From Vibrio vulnificus CMCP6 (GTDB taxonomy: Bacteria > Pseudomonadota > Gammaproteobacteria > Enterobacterales > Vibrionaceae), in assembly GCF_000039765.1 (NCBI RefSeq), contig NC_004459.3:3249867-3281866 (forward strand): a stretch of 32,000 nucleotides of DNA, read 5' to 3'. A program made the position numbers and the translations under genes. Under the pieces are notes generated by a model that saw only the letters and a list, made by a program, of their open reading frames with translations, was not told where the DNA came from and searched no databases. Of the stretch, positions 24,623 through 32,000 are shown one piece after another. Each line of letters begins with the position of its first letter. Position 1 is the stretch's first letter.

Positions 24623-27600
24623 GTTGTTAATTCCCAAGTTTTTATTGTCAATTTTTATTGGCTTAATCTTGATTGGAAAAACTACTCTAGCCATTGCCGA
24701 AGAAATTAAAGTCGGGATGCTTGATGATGATGATATTTATTCTTCATTGCAAACTAAAGTCTATCTAAGCGACTTTGAATCAGTATTAAATCTAACCAAT
24801 TTCACTGCTGGCTATTATTATTTCGGCAGCATTGACACACTACTTTATGCCGTAGATACAGGGACTATTGATCTAGCAATTGGTTTTAGTCGAAATAGAA
24901 ATCGAGAAAGTATATTCGATTTTTCTATGCATACCACAGAAAGTAAGGTTGTTGCATGGCACGCCAATTATATCGACATAAATCAAAACAGTTTAAAGTC
25001 ATATCGGTGGGCTTGTATTAAGTCGTCAGTATTTTGTAGTCAGCTAGAAACTAATGGTATAAGAAACATTCTTGAAGTTGAAAACTATACAGAGATGTTT
25101 CTATCAGTGGTTAATAAACGTGCTGATATTTTATTGAGTAGTTATGTCTCCATTGCACAGTTTATAGAGTCAAGCAGTGTAGAAGGTAAAGTTGTTCTAC
25201 CCAAGTGGGTAGAAGATGAGTATGTAAGTATAATGGTGAGTAAGAAAAATCCTCGCTTACTTTCTGAAATTAATCAAGCTATTATCCAATCAGCAAACGT
25301 CGATAATAACACCCATGATTCACAAGAAAGATTTGACGAATTACACAGGCTTGATAATGCAATCATGTCATTAGAAGATAAGTTTTCTAGTGATAAAGTG
25401 TTTACTTATTATATAAGTGATGAAGCATATCCATTTTCATTCTTGAATTCTGATGGGGAAAATGTAGGTTATATACCTGATTTATTTGATTTGATTGAAT
25501 CGAGGACAGGTATATCTTTTACTCTTGTATCTAATAGAAATGACGCATCTAGCCGATTTGATATTTATCCCTTGTCAATCGCTTCGGACAAAAAACACAA
25601 TGGTTATAATGAAACCATCCCGTACATGAATTTAAAATATAAAGCACTTGTCAGCCAGAGAGATGAAAATATATATAATGAAAATATTTATTTCGCAGGT
25701 GTGTTATTTGCAAATGGCTTATACAACAAGGATATGAAAAATCAACACTTTGGCGATATGTCAATTGTATATACAGATATTGATGATCTCTTAAAATCGT
25801 TAAAATATGGTGCTATTAGTAAAGCATACATCCGTGAGGATGTTCTTTCTGAATATGTTGCACTAAATAAGCTCGATGGCTATACCATACTAAGAGATTC
25901 TGACATTCAGTTTAGTACTGGTATGTATGTGAGTGATCCAGATCTTCACCAGCTTTTAAATTCGTTCTTTGTCACACTCAAGGAGAGTGACATTGAGAAA
26001 ATTAAGAAAAAATACTTTAGCTACAACGTAGGATATGGTTATCAAGAATCACATGTTGTATTAGCTTCAAGTATCCTAATTGGCATCATCGTATTACTCA
26101 TAGCAGTATATTTTATTGTTACCAAAAATCTCACTAATAAGGTAATAACTAAAGACAAAGACATTTTCAATATAGAACAAAGTCGTGCTTTTCTTCAGTC
26201 GATTATAGAAACCATACCCGCAAAAATATGGATTCATAACTCAAAACATGAGTTGATATTAACCAATTGCGTAGAAAAAATTGATAATAACTGTGTTGGT
26301 TGTGATATGTCAGTAGCTAGCACATCTCAGCTATTTGTTGAAGATTGGCATGAAATCGATCGCGTTTTAGAGACCGGTGAAAAGCTTTCCTCATATGTTC
26401 AAGCTGGGTGTTCATTCGGCACTCAAAAGCATTACAACTATTCACGTATTCCGGTGAAAATTAATCGTATAGAGAGATGTGTTCTCACGATAGCCAACGA
26501 TATTACTGAAGAACGAGCCAACCAGCAGTTATTAATTGAAGCTAATACAAAAGCAGAGAAAGCCGTACAAGCTCGTCAGATGTTTTTGGCGACCATGAGT
26601 CATGAGCTAAGAACTCCTATCGCGGGAATGATGGGTCTACTCGAGATGGTTACGTCTAAAACAGAAGATAAAGAATCATTATTTTTATTAGATCAGATCT
26701 CAGCGTCTGCAAAAAACCTAAATTTCTTGGTTAATGATATTCTCGATTTTTCAAAGTTAGAATCTAATCAAGTAGTGATATGCAACGAAGAAACATCAAT
26801 ACTTACCGCTTTGTGTGAAAGCCTTAGAGGCCATTATGTAGCAGCTAGAAATAAAGGGCTGAACTTTGAATTAGATTGGCCTGCAAATGATATTAAAACG
26901 ATTAATATCGATTTTTTGCGTCTTAATCAAATAATTAATAATTTATTGACCAATGCTATTAAGTTTACCCATAAGGGAACAGTAAGGGTTCAAGTTAGTT
27001 TAGAATCAGAACGTATCCAAATTATCGTGGCAGATACTGGCGTAGGGATGACGCAAGAGCAAAAAGAAAATGTGTTTTTACCATTTGTTCAAGCTGATAA
27101 TAGTATCACCCGTAAATACGGTGGCACTGGGTTGGGGCTGTCTATCGTCCATGATCTAGTTTCACTGATGGGCGGTACTATATTTATTAATAGTACGCTA
27201 GGTCTTGGAACTGAAATTACAGTCTCAATGCCTACTATGGTTGTTGAGCGTTTCCAAGTTATATTCCCTCAACTGAATGTGATGGAGTCTGGGCTGAATA
27301 CGAAAGTTAAAGAGTGGATATCAATGTGGTGCCCATCTCAAAGTAAACAATCGACTGCTACCAATGTTATGGTTCATAGCAATGATGTTTCTTTCTACGA
27401 TGATAATCTTATCCAAATATCAATCCGAGAAAATATTCATGATTACATAGAAACTACTGGAAACATCACTACTATTTTAGACAAACCATTTTTCCCTGAT
27501 CTGCTATTAACGGCACTTCATCAAATTTCAAGCGAAGAGAACGCGAGTTCAAAACAAACTAGGCGTAAGCAATTGTCGGGTAATGTCCTAGTGGCAGAAG

Positions 27601-28328
27601 ATAATGCCATCAACGCAATTCTTTTTAGTAAACAACTCTCTGAGCTCGGTATAAATGCTGACGTCGTCCCCAATGGCTTAATTGCATTTAATAAGCTAAC
27701 CGAAGAATCACATGGTTATGATCTGTTAATCACCGACTACCATATGCCAGAGATGGACGGTATGCAATTAGTAGCTAACTTGCGCGAAATAGAGTGTCAC
27801 ATCCCAGTCATTGGATGTACAGCAGAAGATTTTCGCCATATTGATCAAGAGTTTTCTAGCAGTGGTTTTGACCATGTACTGTTTAAGCCATACACCCTAA
27901 AACAGTTAATAAAAATATTATCTAAACATCTACCGGTTGCTGAATACCTTAATAAAGTAGAGCAGGCGATACATTTCCAGGCTGGAGACTATTGGCTAAA
28001 CCAATTTTCAGCTGAAGATGCCCGTGATATGTGCACAATTTTCTTAGAGTCTATTGCGGATGATGTTGCTGAGTTAAAACAAGCGGTAAGTCATGAAGAT
28101 ACGCTGCGTATAAGAAACATTTCTCATCGGATTAAAGGTGGGATGGGCACAATTGGCTTAATGAGACTATACGAGCTTGCCAGAACAGTCGAAGAAAAAG
28201 CGTCGCTGCGCAGTCATGATACGTTAGAGCTATGTGCTGATCTAACTAAACAGCTCGATCTTGAACTGAGTTCCGTATCGCAATGGCAGTGTAATAACGT
28301 AGCGGAAGCTGAAATAGGTTGTGTTTGA
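24564..28328 (+). CDS. Hybrid sensor histidine kinase (2x periplasmic solute-binding-like domains, TM, PAS-like, HisKA, HATPase, REC, HPt); BvgS/EvgS/VieS family
   Basis: Motifs present are the H-box MSHELRTPIAGMMG, N-box NLLTNAIKFT, G-boxes DTGVGM and GGTGLGLSIV, REC VLVAEDNAIN...LLITDYHMPEMDG, and HPt ISHRIKGGMGTIG. The TM segment is ILIGIIVLLIAVYFIV. The true start is probably an internal Met (MSMVIRK...). Confidence 0.85.
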   Translation: MKKYIVQLWEMSMVIRKQHRLLIPKFLLSIFIGLILIGKTTLAIAEEIKVGMLDDDDIYSSLQTKVYLSDFESVLNLTNFTAGYYYFGSIDTLLYAVDTGTIDLAIGFSRNRNRESIFDFSMHTTESKVVAWHANYIDINQNSLKSYRWACIKSSVFCSQLETNGIRNILEVENYTEMFLSVVNKRADILLSSYVSIAQFIESSSVEGKVVLPKWVEDEYVSIMVSKKNPRLLSEINQAIIQSANVDNNTHDSQERFDELHRLDNAIMSLEDKFSSDKVFTYYISDEAYPFSFLNSDGENVGYIPDLFDLIESRTGISFTLVSNRNDASSRFDIYPLSIASDKKHNGYNETIPYMNLKYKALVSQRDENIYNENIYFAGVLFANGLYNKDMKNQHFGDMSIVYTDIDDLLKSLKYGAISKAYIREDVLSEYVALNKLDGYTILRDSDIQFSTGMYVSDPDLHQLLNSFFVTLKESDIEKIKKKYFSYNVGYGYQESHVVLASSILIGIIVLLIAVYFIVTKNLTNKVITKDKDIFNIEQSRAFLQSIIETIPAKIWIHNSKHELILTNCVEKIDNNCVGCDMSVASTSQLFVEDWHEIDRVLETGEKLSSYVQAGCSFGTQKHYNYSRIPVKINRIERCVLTIANDITEERANQQLLIEANTKAEKAVQARQMFLATMSHELRTPIAGMMGLLEMVTSKTEDKESLFLLDQISASAKNLNFLVNDILDFSKLESNQVVICNEETSILTALCESLRGHYVAARNKGLNFELDWPANDIKTINIDFLRLNQIINNLLTNAIKFTHKGTVRVQVSLESERIQIIVADTGVGMTQEQKENVFLPFVQADNSITRKYGGTGLGLSIVHDLVSLMGGTIFINSTLGLGTEITVSMPTMVVERFQVIFPQLNVMESGLNTKVKEWISMWCPSQSKQSTATNVMVHSNDVSFYDDNLIQISIRENIHDYIETTGNITTILDKPFFPDLLLTALHQISSEENASSKQTRRKQLSGNVLVAEDNAINAILFSKQLSELGINADVVPNGLIAFNKLTEESHGYDLLITDYHMPEMDGMQLVANLREIECHIPVIGCTAEDFRHIDQEFSSSGFDHVLFKPYTLKQLIKILSKHLPVAEYLNKVEQAIHFQAGDYWLNQFSAEDARDMCTIFLESIADDVAELKQAVSHEDTLRIRNISHRIKGGMGTIGLMRLYELARTVEEKASLRSHDTLELCADLTKQLDLELSSVSQWQCNNVAEAEIGCV

Positions 28329-28412
28329 TGTGATTTTAATTGATAAGCGCGAGATAATCGAGATTTGCATGCAGTTAAGTCAGAATAATTGCATACTTTG
28401 TGAGGCTGTAAA

Positions 28413-29960
28413 ATGAAAGTTTTGATCGTAGAAGATGATAAGATCCAATCATCAAAGCTGAAAATAGATCTACGTAATCTTGGCTATAGCCAGGTTTATA
28501 TAGCGCCATCTTGCCAAGTTGCAATCGATTTGTATAAGGAGCATCGTTTTGAGCTTATTTTCTGCGATATACAACTGCCAGATAATGATGGCATCTATTT
28601 ACTCAACCAATTAGCGCATATTTCGCGTAGTCCCCATGTAATTATTATGAGTGCTAGCAGTAAAAAAGTTCTACTGCTTGTTGAGCAAATTAGCTCTATG
28701 CTGAAATTCAAGCGCGTATCGCGTATAGATAAACCTTATACAAAAGGTCAATTATCTGAGGTTGTCGAAGGTTCTCAAGCACGCCATCATTCCAGTGTTC
28801 AATTGAAACAAGCTAGGGCGTTGGAGTTTACAGAAAGAGAAATTGCTGAAGCAATCGCTCTACGTGAAATATTCGTCCACTATCAGCCTCAGGTCAATGT
28901 AGGTTCAGGATTTATTGTCGGTTTGGAGGTTTTAGCTCGTTGGGATCATCCGGATTATGGTTTGGTCTCTGCTGGTGAGTTTATTGATGCTATAACCAGT
29001 GATGAAATTTACATCAACTTGTTTAGAACCGTATTGGAGAAAGCCCTGATCGGAGCGAAAACACTCCACAAGTCAGTGACACTTTCAATCAATATCACTT
29101 ATCAAGATCTACAATGGGACGGGTTGTATGATGAGCTTGTCAAACAGTGCTCTAAGTATGAATTTGACGTTAGTCGGCTAACTCTAGAACTAACCGAAAG
29201 CCATTTGTATCAATCGGATATTCCCGCGCTATTAACCCTTTCGCGGTTAAAGCTACTTGGGGTAAACCTTTCGATAGATGATTTGGGGTCAGGCTACTCT
29301 TCGTTAAGTAAACTAACTCAAATTCCATTTGATGAGATCAAAATCGATAAAAGTTTCGTTCAGGGTATTGAGACAGATTACCAAAAATTTGTCATCGTTC
29401 AGTTATTACTAAACTTGGCAGAGCAATTGGGATTTTCGTGCGTTGTAGAAGGTGTAGAAACCGATGCCACGCTCCATTACTTAAAATCTATGGGGCGTTT
29501 TACGTGTCAAGGCTATTTGACAGGTCGACCAATGCCAATAAACCAAGTACAGGCTATGCTGAATCAACGGCTTTCCTCATCAGACTCAGTAGATCCTATT
29601 CACTGTTTAATTGTTGATGATCATCCAGTTGTTGGCTCTGCACTATGCCAAGCGTTTACGCGAGTCCACCAAGTACAAACTGTAGCGAGCGAAACCACTA
29701 TTCTCAAAGCGCTTAACTATATTCGAGATAGTTCTTGTAACTTGCTTTTGATTGATGTTGATTTACGTGGTGAGCATGGCTACGAGTTGATAAAGCAAGC
29801 TAAAAAGATTGGCTTTAATGGTAAGGCCATATTGATGACTTCGAGTGGGAATCGTTTTATTCCCGTTTCGCAGTTCGATGAAACAATCCAATTCGTAGAT
29901 AAAGAAATTCAAGTAGATCAGTTAGTTCATCAGGTAATTAGTATTGCAACAACTGACTGA
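28413..29960 (+). CDS. REC-EAL-REC protein: response regulator with an EAL c-di-GMP phosphodiesterase domain and a second C-terminal receiver domain, no HTH
   Basis: REC1 is KVLIVEDD...LIFCDIQLPDNDG. The EAL domain motifs are YQPQV, EVLARW, NIT, ELTE, DDLGSGYSS, IKIDKSF, EGVET and QGY. REC2 is CLIVDDHPVV...LLLIDVDLRGEHG...ILMTS. The protein ends at aa 515. Confidence 0.85.
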   Translation: MKVLIVEDDKIQSSKLKIDLRNLGYSQVYIAPSCQVAIDLYKEHRFELIFCDIQLPDNDGIYLLNQLAHISRSPHVIIMSASSKKVLLLVEQISSMLKFKRVSRIDKPYTKGQLSEVVEGSQARHHSSVQLKQARALEFTEREIAEAIALREIFVHYQPQVNVGSGFIVGLEVLARWDHPDYGLVSAGEFIDAITSDEIYINLFRTVLEKALIGAKTLHKSVTLSINITYQDLQWDGLYDELVKQCSKYEFDVSRLTLELTESHLYQSDIPALLTLSRLKLLGVNLSIDDLGSGYSSLSKLTQIPFDEIKIDKSFVQGIETDYQKFVIVQLLLNLAEQLGFSCVVEGVETDATLHYLKSMGRFTCQGYLTGRPMPINQVQAMLNQRLSSSDSVDPIHCLIVDDHPVVGSALCQAFTRVHQVQTVASETTILKALNYIRDSSCNLLLIDVDLRGEHGYELIKQAKKIGFNGKAILMTSSGNRFIPVSQFDETIQFVDKEIQVDQLVHQVISIATTD

Positions 29961-30451
29961 GTAGCCACCGGCTACTCTAGAACACCTAGTTTGACTGGAT
30001 GTTTGAGATTTCCATTGGTATTTATATAGGAAACATATTGTTTTCTTTCCTATATCAAGAAACGCCTTAAGGTAGTTTGGCAACCCAAATTTCTCTTTTG
30101 AGAGGATATTGACGTAATTTATTGCATGTCGTCGCCGCTGGAAGGTGCTGATTACTGTACTAATTTTCAGCAATTTCTTTCGTAAATAACTGAGTGAGAA
30201 TCTAAACCTCCCACTAATTAGAGTTTTCGTCTTGTTCATTCATCATTAAACATTCCCATGGTGTCAGATCGTTGAGGGCATCATGATTTTCTCATTGCCT
30301 TCAATATCCTTTGATACCTCAGGCAATTTGTTTTTCTTCCATCAAAACACCCATGTCCATATGGCGTGTTTTGATGTTTAAGGATATTCATACTGCCGAT
30401 AGATATCTACCAGAAACTATTATTCCCGTGAATTGATATCTTTTGCTCATC

Positions 30452-31960
30452 CTACTTATCGAACACCGATCCAGATAGGTCGAACTCGTTAACCGCACCT
30501 TCACCGCGAATAAAGATTCTGTGGTTGAAGCGCACGTAGTTGAGTTCGCCAGATGGGTCTTTCAGCAATTCACCAAGCGCTCCCTTATTCGGACCTTCGG
30601 TGATGATAAAATAACCCTCGGCGGTGTTTTCTACATTGGCAGGGGCAGGATCCGCTCCTTTAGTCAATGCTGAAAACTGGACAAACACATATTTGTCGCC
30701 ATCTTTACGGATCTCAATGTTTTGGGAATTACCCTTAAACACGCCGACGAAGGGGTCGAGCACAGACGGAGTCGCACCAACGGAGACCGGAGAGTTGGAT
30801 TCGATCTTCGTAAAGGCTTTGACCATTGCGTTAGCCACTTTTTTGTACGCTTCAGCTCCGCGATCGCTGTGAACCAAAACCACTACGGCAAAGTCGTGAT
30901 CCGGGATCAACTGCAGAAAAGAACGCGTACCGGGCCAATTCCCCCCATGGCTAGGGCTTGTGGTCCCATCGTAGTCGTGGACGAACCATGTCAGTCCGGT
31001 AAAGTCTCCGGTCGAAGCCTCGACTGCAGGTGCATGGGCATAGTCCAGCGCTTTTTTAGACAACAACTGCTTACCGGAGGCATCCTTACCGTCTAGCTGA
31101 AAGCGGGCGTATTTAAGCATGTCGGCCACCGTAGAGCGGAGTGCACCGGAGGCTGCGGACTCTCTAATCAACGGAATGTAGTACGGCTTGAGTTCACTGA
31201 TGCTGCCTTTCCCGTAGATCGGCGGATGGCCCCATGCGTAATCTTTAGCAGGAGGGGTAGCATCGTAATTAAAGGATGACGAATTCATGCCGAGCGGAGT
31301 TAACAGGTTCTCTTCGATCAGTGTCTCGATCGGCTTTCCACCGACATGAGACACTACATGTGTAGCGAAAGTGATACTGGTGTTGTTGTACATCCAGGTT
31401 TGATCGAACGGATAGATCTGCTGGGCGTAAGCCCCTTGAAGCATGACTTTCTCAGATATCGAACCACCTGGAGGAACACGAAGGAACCCATGGTCGCCAT
31501 ACCAGCCAGCACGATGGTGGAATAGGTCAACAACCCGCGCTTTAGATGTCGCCTCGGGATCTGAAACCCTCCACCACGGCAGAATATCGACGACACGTGC
31601 GTTTAAATCCAGAATGCCCTGTTCGGATTGCTGCATGGCTAGGGTCGCAAGGAAGGTTTTGGTCACAGAGCCAATTTGAAATTGTGTATCAGGGGTAACG
31701 GCCTCGTTGGTGCCCACCTTGGTGATACCGAGTCCGGCACTGTAGGTGTTAGGTCCATGAATAACACCGACAGCAAGTCCCGGTATGTGCATTTCTTTGA
31801 TCATTTTATTGACATCGGCAACGACGGCATTGAAGGTTGCTTGGCCTTCTTCCTGTGTCATTTTATTATTTTGATGTGCCAATGCCGGCTGCATTGTCAA
31901 TAAAGACGAAACTATTACGGTAGGTAATAATTTCATTTTCTTCTTATTGGCTTGATCCAT
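30452..31960 (-). CDS. Secreted beta-lactamase-family serine hydrolase (class C/PBP4*/esterase-like) with an extra C-terminal beta domain
   Basis: There is a signal peptide (LLTMQPALA). The motifs are SxxK (GSVTKTF), YxN (YNNTS) and an HGG triad position (SHGGNWPG). The C-terminal approx. 110 aa are lipocalin/DUF3471-like. The gene is noticeably more GC-rich than its neighbours. Confidence 0.8.
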   Translation of the reverse strand: MDQANKKKMKLLPTVIVSSLLTMQPALAHQNNKMTQEEGQATFNAVVADVNKMIKEMHIPGLAVGVIHGPNTYSAGLGITKVGTNEAVTPDTQFQIGSVTKTFLATLAMQQSEQGILDLNARVVDILPWWRVSDPEATSKARVVDLFHHRAGWYGDHGFLRVPPGGSISEKVMLQGAYAQQIYPFDQTWMYNNTSITFATHVVSHVGGKPIETLIEENLLTPLGMNSSSFNYDATPPAKDYAWGHPPIYGKGSISELKPYYIPLIRESAASGALRSTVADMLKYARFQLDGKDASGKQLLSKKALDYAHAPAVEASTGDFTGLTWFVHDYDGTTSPSHGGNWPGTRSFLQLIPDHDFAVVVLVHSDRGAEAYKKVANAMVKAFTKIESNSPVSVGATPSVLDPFVGVFKGNSQNIEIRKDGDKYVFVQFSALTKGADPAPANVENTAEGYFIITEGPNKGALGELLKDPSGELNYVRFNHRIFIRGEGAVNEFDLSGSVFDK

Positions 31961-32000
31961 ATTTATACCTTTTTAAACACTAACAGTTGAATTTAATTCG

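Noticed and set aside
29922-30239. 105-aa minus-strand ORF downstream of the EAL gene
   Set aside because: It is a basic, low-complexity translation that overlaps the EAL gene stop, with no motif I recognise. I treated the region as non-coding, possibly decayed mobile-element DNA.
30624-31903. Five ORFs (75-124 aa) overlapping the serine hydrolase gene on both strands
   Set aside because: These are typical spurious frames in a GC-richer gene. The 502-aa minus-strand ORF carries the SxxK, YxN and signal-peptide evidence.
1-32000. CRISPR arrays, tRNA/tmRNA integration targets, rRNA, integron attC arrays
   Set aside because: I saw no regularly spaced direct repeats, no cloverleaf-like sequence at either island-proximal junction and no rRNA-like stretches. 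The integration target is the protein-coding gene yfbR.

Overview
The window opens with chromosomal backbone: the 3' end of alaA, a terminator, and the first 80 codons of the HD-domain 5'-deoxynucleotidase gene yfbR. This synteny and the later gene content suggest a Vibrionaceae-like gammaproteobacterium. At about nt 478 yfbR is cut mid-codon-series and the sequence becomes very AT-rich foreign DNA. Everything from there to at least nt 30400 reads as a mosaic genomic island. Neither its right junction nor the yfbR 3' half is visible in the window.

Island content, left to right:
1. A full-length but divergent yfbR-like gene (564-1163).
2. A translationally coupled integration module (1482-8268). 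It holds three tyrosine-recombinase-fold genes of 625, 647 and 428 aa plus a double-HTH/coiled-coil gene, and it is bracketed by two paralogous small genes.
3. A frameshifted IS903-like element.
4. Two inverted, identically crippled IS630-family copies enclosing a 5.3 kb cargo. The cargo is a WYL regulator, a small receiver-like gene with an in-frame stop, and an XRE-gated five-gene operon. That operon encodes a wHTH/coiled-coil protein, an SF2 helicase, two unknowns and a tail-anchored membrane protein. I rate it the best candidate for an undescribed conflict/defence system.
5. IS110 remnants bracketing an HlyD-type membrane fusion protein (MFP), a DUF2955/FUSC-like membrane protein and a lipoprotein phospholipase D.
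6. An AT-rich VieSAB-like three-component c-di-GMP module in permuted order, with a REC-EAL-REC protein.
7. A more GC-rich secreted beta-lactamase-family serine hydrolase.

I saw no rRNA, tRNA or CRISPR array. All family assignments come from motif recognition by eye; no database search was possible.
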